DNA of 36,154 nt from Candidatus Zixiibacteriota bacterium (GTDB lineage: Bacteria; Zixibacteria; MSB-5A5; CAIYYT01), in NCBI GenBank assembly GCA_040235515.1, contig JBECKX010000136.1, positions 1 to 36,154 of the forward strand, in the 5' to 3' direction. Position 1 is the stretch's first letter. The number at the start of each line of letters is the position of its first letter. The notes under the pieces are model-generated. The model saw only the letters and a program-made list of their open reading frames with translations, had not been told where the DNA came from and ran no database searches. Position numbers and translations under genes: made by a program. Shown here one piece after another: positions 1-7,405 of the stretch.

Positions 1-142
1 TGGGCGGCAGAGAAGGTTGGAGCACAGCCGTTGGCTGCAGTACCAGTGTTGATGTGAAGAGCGCAGGTGCGACGCACCCTCACCCCCGGCCCCTCTCGTG
101 AGTGAGGAAGAGGGGAGAAGTGAATCGCATAGAATTGCTGCG

Positions 143-214
143 GTAGGTGCGAATTTGTTCGCATGTGATTATCCAGGAGTGCTCGCTGTGATGGCCGAAT
201 GAATTCGGCCCTAC
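143..214. repeat. Inverted pair of GTAG-family REP elements (REPIN-like doublet)
   Basis: GTAGGTGCGAATTTGTTCGCA at 143-163 (+) and GTAGGGCCGAATTCATTCGGCC at 214-193 (-): a GTAG tetranucleotide followed by a short palindrome, in opposite orientations. Confidence 0.75.
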
Positions 215-319
215 GAAATGATGATTGCATATGGTCGCTACATTGGGCGGCAGAGAAGGTTGGAGCACAGCCGTTGGCTGCAGTACCAGTGTTGATGTGA
301 AGAGCGCAGGTGCGACGCA

Positions 320-363
320 CCCTCACCCCCGGCCCCTCTCCCTCGCGAGGGAGAGGGGAGAAG
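320..363. repeat. CCCTCACCCC..CCCCTCTCCC-N-GGGAGAGGGG palindromic repeat element (degenerate copy at 77-120)
   Basis: Perfect inverted repeat CCCCTCTCCCTC-GC-GAGGGAGAGGGG preceded by CCCTCACCCCCGG; matches a widespread extragenic palindrome family. Confidence 0.75.
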
Positions 364-440
364 CAGTGTACAGTGAAGCTGCTGCTGGGTGACGCACCGA
401 ATGATATGACACGCGATGAGCCTGGCCCGTGGCAGTCAAA

Positions 441-503
441 CCCCTCTTGAGAGGGGTCGGCCCAACGATTCCGCTGCGCGGAATCAAGGGACGGGGGTGT
501 GTT
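441..503. repeat. Composite palindromic element (CCCCTC-TTGA-GAGGGG ... GGGGGTGTGTT)
   Basis: Hairpins at 441-456 (CCCCTC/GAGGGG) and 467-485 (GATTCCGC/GCGGAATC), ending in GGGGGTGTGTT. Confidence 0.55.
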
Positions 504-567
504 AGGTTGATGTACGTCGCAAACCCGAGTGAAAAAGAGCCTCGTTCCGACAGGCCGATATTGAAGT

Positions 568-816
568 ATGTACCAGGACTTAGATGATGAGATAGAGGTG
601 ATCGCCCTTTTTTCGGAGAAGGCGCTGAAGCCGTGCCGTTTCCGTTGGAAGGGGCGTGTTTACAAAGTTGAGCGGATCACCGGAGATTGGAGTAGTGAAG
701 TCGGCGAGGCGAAACTGCGCTACTATGCGCTGGTTGATTCGACCTCGAACTTCTTCCAGCTTTGCTACGATGAGCGCACCCTTACCTGGCGTGTCGCCAA
801 GGTGTGGGTGGAGTAA
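568..816 (+). CDS. Small DUF6504 / ImuB-C-terminal-like protein (82 aa)
   Basis: Pattern P-x-x-F-x-W-x-G-R-x-Y-x-V ... W ... R-Y-Y ... L-x-Y-D ... W resembles small proteins found beside Y-family polymerases; the decayed duplicate at 3451 differs partly at synonymous sites, supporting coding status. Confidence 0.6.
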   Translation: MYQDLDDEIEVIALFSEKALKPCRFRWKGRVYKVERITGDWSSEVGEAKLRYYALVDSTSNFFQLCYDERTLTWRVAKVWVE

Positions 817-917
817 GGGGGATTTCTACCTGTTGATGCACCAGGGAAGCAATAGCCACCAAAGCGTGCTCTGGGGTACTGAGCTCCTCCAGTTCAACGC
901 TGCGTTTTTTCAGGCTG

Positions 918-3335
918 TTAGCAGCCGGCGCAGGGCGCTGGTCCGCCGGCAAAGATGTAGTTGATCAGGTAGACGGCATCACCTATTGAGATACTGCCAC
1001 TGCAATCCGTGTCTCCCGCCGCAATCGGAGAAGGCGCGGGCCCGCCTGCAAAGATGTAGTTGATGATATAGACTGCGTCACCGATCGAAACGCTGCCGTT
1101 GCCATCGGCATCTCCACAAACAAACTGCGGAATACATATCTTAGTGAGGAATGCGTCATTCGAATTGTTTGTGCCGTCGTACGGTGCAACGATAGGGAAA
1201 TTGCTCGAGCCGGTTGAGCCGCACACGTAGGCGCAACCGGAGGGGTCAACCGAAACAGCGACTGCTTTGTCGGCCGCCGAGCCACCGATATACGTGCCAT
1301 ACTTCATCGTCGATAACGTCGGGTCAAGCTTGACCAGGTAGCCATCCGCGGGTCCACCAAGTGTAGTGCTGAATCCATCCTGAGTGGGAAAGAAGGGCGA
1401 GGTGGTGATTCCAGCGACATAAACGTTGCCGGCGGCATCCAGCTTGAGCTTACCGGATACTCCAAAGAGATGATCCTCCTGCCCTAGACCTCCCAGGTAA
1501 GTGCAGGCGACCAGGCTGGCAGCCAGGGGAGTGAATTCCGCAACGAATGCATCTGAAGAGTCAGTGCTCTTGAAGGTATCGAACGCACCCTGAGTAGCGA
1601 GCCCATTGGAGAGGAGTGTGCCTGAGACCACGATGTTTCCATTCGGTCGGGTCACGATCGATTGTCCATGATCGCGGCCTTCCAAAAGCGGGTTGGGTTC
1701 CACGCCACCGAAATAGGTGCTGAAGAGTGCGTAGAGTTGACCATTACCGCCGACATCGAAGCCGGCAATGAAGGCATCGACGGTGCCGTCGAGTGAGGCA
1801 TCGTAGGCGTTTGCGACGGGCAGGTTGCTTGAAGCCGTGTATCCGGTGATGTATGGTTTGAGCGGGGTTCCGGGCGCCAGAGTGACCGAGTAGCCGGTTT
1901 CGACGGAAGAACCACCGTAGAAGGTGGAATAGACCAAGCTGGATTGAAACACGGTATTCAACTTGATCTGGGTGAGAAATGCATCTGAGGAGCCACTGAG
2001 TGTAGCATCAAAAGCATTCAAGACCGGAAAGTCACTGGAGGAGGTTGACCCGGTTAAGAAGATGCGGATGTCCTGTAACAGGCAGGGGGGCTGGCAGCGA
2101 ACTTCAACATCGTACGCCGTTTCGTCTGAACTGCCGCCGAGGTAGGTACTGAAAGTGAGAGCTGAGCCAGTGCTCGCCAGCATGGTGACAAAGGCATCCG
2201 ATGCCCCTGTCAGGGCCGCATCGAGCGCCTGGAGGGTCGGAAAGTTGCTTGAGCCGGTAACACCTACCAGGACTACCGCGGCGGAACTTCCTGCACCATA
2301 GAGAGCCAGCGCATAGGGGACCTCGCCGCCACTACCACCGAGATAGGTGCTGTATGCCAGGCTGTTGCCGGCAGGATTGAACTTCGTCACAAACAGATCG
2401 CTGGAGGAATTGTAGGAATTGTCATAGGGGTTGAGGACCGGAAAATCTGCGGAATGGGTGGTACCGCAAATGTAGACTTCTCCGGTAGATGCGGCGGCCA
2501 GGTCGTACGCGATCTCGGCCGAGGACCCACCCAGGTAGGTGCTGAAGGTGGGGGTGATTGCACGATCGGTTCGACCGGTGGTCTCTTCAGCGGGGGTGAG
2601 CGTGAGCTTCAATGACCCATCTGCAAGAGCAACGTAACTCCCCAAAGCCGATTGAGCCTGGGCAGACCCGACATACTCGACGTGCGGGGATGATTGCACG
2701 ATGATCCCCCAGGGAGTCTCAATCCTCACGCCTCCAGTCTCATCGACCGCATAATCAGCGGCCCCCTCAACCAGCATCTGCACTTGAGCCGGGTCCGCAC
2801 CGGGCGAGATCAGGAGAGTCTGGTCGATGCCGGTAGCGAGCGCCTCAAAGCAGAGGGAGATACCGTCATAAATGTTGTCGTAGATGATTTTCTGGAATGT
2901 CGGCACGCCGGTGCGCCAGCGCGCGGGATCGTTTCCGAGGAAGAAGTTGCTCTTATGCTCCTGTTCCCCGTCCGCCTGAATCAGGGCTGTCGGGTTGATT
3001 CCGACATAACTGTATTTCAACATCAAGACTTCATCAGGTGTGGGCAGGGGGAGGGCACTGGCCGGACCATCAGTCGCTCGGACTTCAGCGAGTTTCCGTT
3101 CGCGCGTGTACTGCAGGTAGACACCATCCTGCGTGAACCAGTAGAGGGTACCATTTGCGCCGGCGCGGTAGAGTATTTCCGGAGGCCACTGACCGTCGTT
3201 GCGGGTGAATCCGGACGCAGCAGGCTTAAGGGAGTAAGAGTCTGCGAACTCGGCACGGACCTGACCGGCCGCCGAAACCAGCACTAGAAAGAGAGCCGCC
3301 GCCAGGGCGGAGAGAAAGAGCGAATGCGACTGCAT
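918..3335 (-). CDS. Secreted SBBP-repeat (7-bladed beta-propeller) protein with C-terminal dockerin type I-like domain
   Basis: N-terminal signal peptide; N-domain with FTRNDGQW and SNFFLGNDPARW; seven (Y/F)STYLGG-like repeats; two GD(A/T)DxxGSxSIGDAVYxINYIFAGGPAP repeats at the C-terminus. Confidence 0.9.
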   Translation of the reverse strand: MQSHSLFLSALAAALFLVLVSAAGQVRAEFADSYSLKPAASGFTRNDGQWPPEILYRAGANGTLYWFTQDGVYLQYTRERKLAEVRATDGPASALPLPTPDEVLMLKYSYVGINPTALIQADGEQEHKSNFFLGNDPARWRTGVPTFQKIIYDNIYDGISLCFEALATGIDQTLLISPGADPAQVQMLVEGAADYAVDETGGVRIETPWGIIVQSSPHVEYVGSAQAQSALGSYVALADGSLKLTLTPAEETTGRTDRAITPTFSTYLGGSSAEIAYDLAAASTGEVYICGTTHSADFPVLNPYDNSYNSSSDLFVTKFNPAGNSLAYSTYLGGSGGEVPYALALYGAGSSAAVVLVGVTGSSNFPTLQALDAALTGASDAFVTMLASTGSALTFSTYLGGSSDETAYDVEVRCQPPCLLQDIRIFLTGSTSSSDFPVLNAFDATLSGSSDAFLTQIKLNTVFQSSLVYSTFYGGSSVETGYSVTLAPGTPLKPYITGYTASSNLPVANAYDASLDGTVDAFIAGFDVGGNGQLYALFSTYFGGVEPNPLLEGRDHGQSIVTRPNGNIVVSGTLLSNGLATQGAFDTFKSTDSSDAFVAEFTPLAASLVACTYLGGLGQEDHLFGVSGKLKLDAAGNVYVAGITTSPFFPTQDGFSTTLGGPADGYLVKLDPTLSTMKYGTYIGGSAADKAVAVSVDPSGCAYVCGSTGSSNFPIVAPYDGTNNSNDAFLTKICIPQFVCGDADGNGSVSIGDAVYIINYIFAGGPAPSPIAAGDTDCSGSISIGDAVYLINYIFAGGPAPCAGC

Positions 3336-3387
3336 ATGGAATGGGCCTCACGCTAAGGGGGGAACGCAAGAACAGTTGACTGCTACC

Positions 3388-3415
3388 AATGTATTTTGTC
3401 GACCTATTTTGTCAA
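3388..3415 (-). promoter_or_regulatory. Putative sigma-70 promoter for the SBBP/dockerin gene
   Basis: Minus strand TTGACA-16 nt-TACATT in an AT-rich patch about 50 bp upstream of the ATG at 3335. Confidence 0.6.
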
Positions 3416-3450
3416 TTTAATTTACAGGAGGGGAGCGTTGTTTACGTCAA

Positions 3451-3538
3451 TTGATTCGCCCTCGAACATGTTCCAGCCCTGCTGTGACGAACGCACGCTT
3501 ACCTGGTGGGTCGGGAAGGTGTGGGTGGAGTAGGGGGG
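3451..3538 (+). pseudogene. Decayed duplicate of the 3' end of the 568-816 gene
   Basis: Ungapped match to 734-821 at 73/88 nt; translates DSPSNMFQPCCDERTLTWWVGKVWVE* vs DSTSNFFQLCYDERTLTWRVAKVWVE*; no 5' part. Confidence 0.9.
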
Positions 3539-3560
3539 TGTTTTTGCACCTGTGAGTCCT

Positions 3561-3587
3561 GTCATGCCCCAAGAGGGCATGACCTAC
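3561..3587 (-). repeat. Single GTAG-family REP hairpin just downstream of sthA
   Basis: Minus strand GTAG-GTCATGCCC-TCTTG-GGGCATGAC with a perfect 9-bp stem. Confidence 0.7.
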
Positions 3588-3612
3588 TTGATGTGGTCGA
3601 ATGCAATTGGCC

Positions 3613-5064
3613 CTACGGTTTCGTTTCTTCCTGCTTGTCCTGCTTGACCGAGCGGCGGGGTTGGTAGCCGATGGCGCCGAGCTTGTTGAGGCCGTTAAGG
3701 GCAGCAGTTTTGTAGGCCTCCGCGATGGTGGGGTAGTTCATCACGGTATCGACGAAGTAGTCAATCTTGCCATCGAAACTCATCACGGCCTGGCCGATAT
3801 GGATGATCTCCGTGGCGCGCTCGCCGATGATGTGAACACCGAGCAGCTTGCGCGACTCCGGATCGAAGAGGAGCTTGAGCATGCCATCATGGTCATTGTT
3901 TATCTGACCGCGCGGCAGCTCGAAGAAGTGGGCGACGCCGGTCTCGTAGCGGAGGCCTTTCTCCTTGAGCGTTTCCTCGGTTTCGCCAACGTAGGAGACT
4001 TCAGGTATTGTGTAGATGCCAAAGGGAAGGAACGTCTTCTCGGTGATCTGGCATGAGCCGGTGACGGCATCAAGGGCGGCGCGCCGGCCCTGGTCCATCG
4101 AGGTCGCTGCCAGCGACGGAAAACCGATCACATCGCCGACGGCATAGATGTTGGGGATGGCGGTATGGTAACACTCATCCACCTTGAGCAAGCCATTCTG
4201 GTCACACTCGAGACCGATCCGGTCAAGCCTGAGGCTATCGGTGTTGCCGCGTCGGCCGGCGGTGACGAGCAGGATATCGGAGGAGACCTGGCTGCCATCC
4301 TCCAGCGTGACGGTTACCGAGTCGGTTCCGACATCGATCGAACTGCTGGCCTGACCGAGCACCATCCTGATTCCATGTTCCTGCAGAAGCTCGAAAAGGA
4401 TCTGGCCAAATTCGTTGTCGAGAAAGCTGAGCAGGTGATCGCGCTTGTCGATCAGTGTGACTTCGATATCGAGCTTGGAAAAGATGCTCGCCCACTCGCA
4501 GCCGATGACGCCTCCGCCCAGGATCGACATTCGCTTCGGAATACGATCGAGTTCGATGATCGTCTCGCCGTCGAAGACGCGGACATTATCGTACTCAAGT
4601 CCCGCGATTCGGTTGGGGCGGGTACCGACCGAGATGATGATATGCTCTGCGGTCAGCTCAGCCGTCTGTTTCCCCTTGTCAAAAACCGCGATGGTGTTCC
4701 TATCGATGAACTCCGCGGCACCGCCGAAGAGCTTGATACCATTGCGCAGTAACTGGTCAATGATTACCATCATCTCGTTTTCTACGACGATATTCTTGCG
4801 GTGCATCAACTGCTGGACCGTTACGTTTTGCTTGAGAGAGAGGTCGAAGCCGTAGAAGGATCGTTTTTTGAGACCTGAGTAGTAGAGGGATGACTCGCGC
4901 AGGGTCTTGGAGGGGAGGGTACCGGTATGGACGCAGACTCCTCCGATGACGGCGCGTTTTTCTATCAGGGCCACCTTCTTACCGAGTTTACAGCCCTGAA
5001 TAGAGGCCCATTCTCCGGCGGGGCCGGAGCCGATGACGATGAGATCGTATTCTTCCCTGATCAT
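3613..5064 (-). CDS. sthA: Soluble Si-specific NAD(P)+ transhydrogenase
   Basis: YDLIVIGSGPAG FAD motif, GGVCVHTGTLPSKTLRE (single Cys), GGGVIGCE, GFPSLAATSMDQGR, NYPTIAEAYKTAALNG; start set at ATG 5064 rather than TTG 5100. Confidence 0.92.
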   Translation of the reverse strand: MIREEYDLIVIGSGPAGEWASIQGCKLGKKVALIEKRAVIGGVCVHTGTLPSKTLRESSLYYSGLKKRSFYGFDLSLKQNVTVQQLMHRKNIVVENEMMVIIDQLLRNGIKLFGGAAEFIDRNTIAVFDKGKQTAELTAEHIIISVGTRPNRIAGLEYDNVRVFDGETIIELDRIPKRMSILGGGVIGCEWASIFSKLDIEVTLIDKRDHLLSFLDNEFGQILFELLQEHGIRMVLGQASSSIDVGTDSVTVTLEDGSQVSSDILLVTAGRRGNTDSLRLDRIGLECDQNGLLKVDECYHTAIPNIYAVGDVIGFPSLAATSMDQGRRAALDAVTGSCQITEKTFLPFGIYTIPEVSYVGETEETLKEKGLRYETGVAHFFELPRGQINNDHDGMLKLLFDPESRKLLGVHIIGERATEIIHIGQAVMSFDGKIDYFVDTVMNYPTIAEAYKTAALNGLNKLGAIGYQPRRSVKQDKQEETKP

Positions 5065-5071
5065 GGGCGCA

Positions 5072-5100
5072 AATATAGCATCTAAATTACCGTATAACAA
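5072..5100 (-). promoter_or_regulatory. Putative promoter giving a leaderless sthA transcript
   Basis: TTGTTA-17 nt-TATATT with extended -10 TG; ATG follows after 7 nt; no Shine-Dalgarno. Confidence 0.55.
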
Positions 5101-5258
5101 TGGTTAAGGTCGGAATATCTGTACCACGCATGTAACTCAGTCGCTATTCCGAGCTTGCTTCCAGCGGGGTGATGCATTACCTATGCATGAGGTTGTGGCT
5201 GCCGTTGCTCCGGGCGTAACTCATTGTCGGACAACGTTGGGAGCCGCCTATTATTTTG

Positions 5259-5287
5259 TTGCGCCTGATTCTGCGATTGGTTATCAT
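5259..5287 (+). promoter_or_regulatory. Putative sigma-70 promoter of the rimP-nusA-infB operon
   Basis: TTGCGC-17 nt-TATCAT preceded by AT-rich TATTATTTTG, 50 bp before rimP. Confidence 0.5.
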
Positions 5288-5337
5288 GACCAACTGCGCA
5301 TGAAGAATTTGGCTGCGACATCGATTGGAGAGTTGTT

Positions 5338-5802
5338 GTGACCAAGAGCGCATACCAGATCGCACTCGAGGAAAAACTGGCGGATTTGCTTGCGCCGGTA
5401 TTGGCCGAGGTTGGATGCGAGTTGGTTGAACTGCAATACGTGCAGCGCAAGTCGACGGCTTTGCTGCGGGTATTGGTAGATCGAATCGGAGGAGTAACTC
5501 TCGACGAGTGCGCCGAAGTTTCACGGCGCGCTTCTTACTTGTTAGAGGTCGAGGACCCGATCGAGGGAAAATACACTCTGGAGGTTTCCTCCCCCGGGCT
5601 TGATCGCCCACTCACGAGCGCCGGCGATTTTCGCCGGAAGGTCGGAGAGACAATACGGCTGTTTCTGAACGACGCATCAGGTCGTTCCGAGAGAGTCGGC
5701 AAGATAGTGAAGTTTGAAAATGACATGCTCACGCTGGAGGGCGACGACGGCCGTTCGGAGATAGCGTTGAGCCAAATATCCAAGGGAAAGATCATATTCT
5801 GA
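5338..5802 (+). CDS. rimP: Ribosome maturation factor RimP
   Basis: LRVLVDRIGGVTLDECAEVSR and YTLEVSSPGLDRPL; lies before nusA; GTG start with GGAG upstream. Confidence 0.97.
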   Translation: MTKSAYQIALEEKLADLLAPVLAEVGCELVELQYVQRKSTALLRVLVDRIGGVTLDECAEVSRRASYLLEVEDPIEGKYTLEVSSPGLDRPLTSAGDFRRKVGETIRLFLNDASGRSERVGKIVKFENDMLTLEGDDGRSEIALSQISKGKIIF

Positions 5803-5851
5803 TTCGACGACGAGTCGGGGTGATCTTGTTTATCAACAGTTGGAGTAGCTA

Positions 5852-7324
5852 ATGGACTACGACGTCATAGAGGCGCTCAATCAGATCGCAGCAGAGAAGA
5901 ACATGGACATCGACTATGTCATGGACACTCTGCGCGCCTCGCTGGTCTCAGCCGCCAAGAAGAAGTATGGGGATGGCGAGAATGTTCACGTGAACATCGA
6001 TCGCGCCAGCGGTGAGATCCAGATGCATGCGGTCAAGAAGGTCGTTGAAGCGGTCGAGGATCCGATGACCGAGATATCACTTCTCGATGCAATGGATATC
6101 GACGAGCAGGCCGAGGTGGGAGATGAGGTTGAGATCTTCATCCCGTTCGAGGAGTTCGGCCGCAACGCGATTGCCTCAGCCAAGCAGATACTGGTTCAGA
6201 AGGTGCGCGAGGCGGAGCGCGAGGCGATCTACAATGAGTTTGTCAAGAAGGTTGGCGAGCTGGTAACCGGCTCGGTCCAGCAGGTAGATAAAGGCGCCAT
6301 TATCGTGAACATCGGCCGCACCGAGGCGGTGATTCCCTCCAAGGAACAGATTTCCAAGGAGAAGTATCGCCAGGGTGACCGGGTACGCGCAATCATCCAG
6401 GATGTTCAGAAGGTGACGCGCGGACCGCAGGTGATCCTCTCGCGCGCGAGCAACGATTTCATCATGCGGCTGTTTGAGCTTGAAGTACCGGAGATTTTTG
6501 AGCGCATCATCGAGATCCGTGCCGTGGCACGCGAACCCGGGGAGCGCGCCAAGGTTGCGGTGAGTTCGGCCGATGAGCGCATCGATCCGGTTGGCGCCTG
6601 CGTGGGTGTCAAGGGAGTGCGTGTGCAGGCGATCGTACGCGAATTGAACAATGAGCGCATCGACGTCGTGCCGTACCATCCCGACCCGGAGATTTTCGTT
6701 ACGCGCGCCCTGTCGCCGGCTAAGGTAGTCAAGATCGAGACGAATGCCGATGAGGGCACGATGATTATCGTGGTTGAAGATGACCAGCTTTCGCTGGCGA
6801 TCGGCAAGGGTGGACAGAACGCGCGCCTGGCGGCGAAGCTGACCGGCTGGAAGGTGAACATTCTTTCAGAGACCGACTACTTCGACAAGAAGCGTGAAGA
6901 AGCTGAATCGAAGATTGAGGTGTCCAAGCTCGAGATCGGCGAGGCTACGATTCAGAAGCTGATCGAGCATGACTACAAGTTCATTCAGGATATTCTCGAA
7001 GTCGCGCCGGTGCAGTTGACCGAGATCGAGGGCATTGGGCCGAAGAAGGCAGATCAGATTGTCGAGGCCGCACGCGAACACCTGTTCCGCATGCAGGCTG
7101 AGCGCGCCGAAGCGGAGCAGCTTAAGGCGGAGGAAGAAGAGGAGGAATCTGATGAGCCGCGCGGCCTGACCGACCTGTTCGTTGATGATGATGATGAAGA
7201 TGAAGTCGATGACGAGGACGAGGACGAGGAGTTCTCGGAAGATGAGGAAGGGGATGAAGACGAAGAGGTCGACGACGAGGATGAGGACGAGGACGAGGAC
7301 GAAGAAGAGAAGCAAGGAAGTTGA
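5852..7324 (+). CDS. nusA: Transcription termination/antitermination factor NusA with long acidic tail
   Basis: FGRNAIASAKQ, S1 domain, LFELEVPEI, AREPGERAKVAV, DPVGACVG, LSLAIGKGGQNARLA, HhH-like EIEGIGPKKA. Confidence 0.98.
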   Translation: MDYDVIEALNQIAAEKNMDIDYVMDTLRASLVSAAKKKYGDGENVHVNIDRASGEIQMHAVKKVVEAVEDPMTEISLLDAMDIDEQAEVGDEVEIFIPFEEFGRNAIASAKQILVQKVREAEREAIYNEFVKKVGELVTGSVQQVDKGAIIVNIGRTEAVIPSKEQISKEKYRQGDRVRAIIQDVQKVTRGPQVILSRASNDFIMRLFELEVPEIFERIIEIRAVAREPGERAKVAVSSADERIDPVGACVGVKGVRVQAIVRELNNERIDVVPYHPDPEIFVTRALSPAKVVKIETNADEGTMIIVVEDDQLSLAIGKGGQNARLAAKLTGWKVNILSETDYFDKKREEAESKIEVSKLEIGEATIQKLIEHDYKFIQDILEVAPVQLTEIEGIGPKKADQIVEAAREHLFRMQAERAEAEQLKAEEEEEESDEPRGLTDLFVDDDDEDEVDDEDEDEEFSEDEEGDEDEEVDDEDEDEDEDEEEKQGS

Positions 7325-7405
7325 GCTTAGATAGAAAGCGGTTTGCGGGAGTGTTCGAGTTAACGAACCAACCGACGTGAGCTTTCGGAGTTGCGATCAT
7401 AGAGC

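Larger units (their letters stand above)
1..363. repeat. Direct repeat with 243-bp period (1-120 and 244-363); first copy may extend beyond the window edge
   Basis: 1-97 is identical to 244-340 and 109-120 to 352-363; the 6 mismatches all fall in 98-108 vs 341-351. Confidence 0.95.

Noticed and set aside
80..268. 62-aa minus-strand ORF
   Set aside because: It runs through REP-like palindromes; SPLFLTHERGRG is typical of translated repeat sequence.
1..503. CRISPR array
   Set aside because: Only two long copies at a 243-bp period; no regular 25-45 bp repeat-spacer pattern and no cas genes.
3410..3426. TGT-N11-ACA (TGTAAATTAAATTGACA on the minus strand) as a PrsR-type enhancer
   Set aside because: No GG-N10-GC sigma-54 motif downstream; it is more simply explained as the -35 box and AT-rich upstream element of a sigma-70 promoter.
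734..3538. Repeat pair 734-821 / 3451-3538 as a diversity-generating retroelement VR/TR
   Set aside because: The 15 mismatches are not adenine-specific in either direction or strand, and there is no reverse transcriptase in the window.
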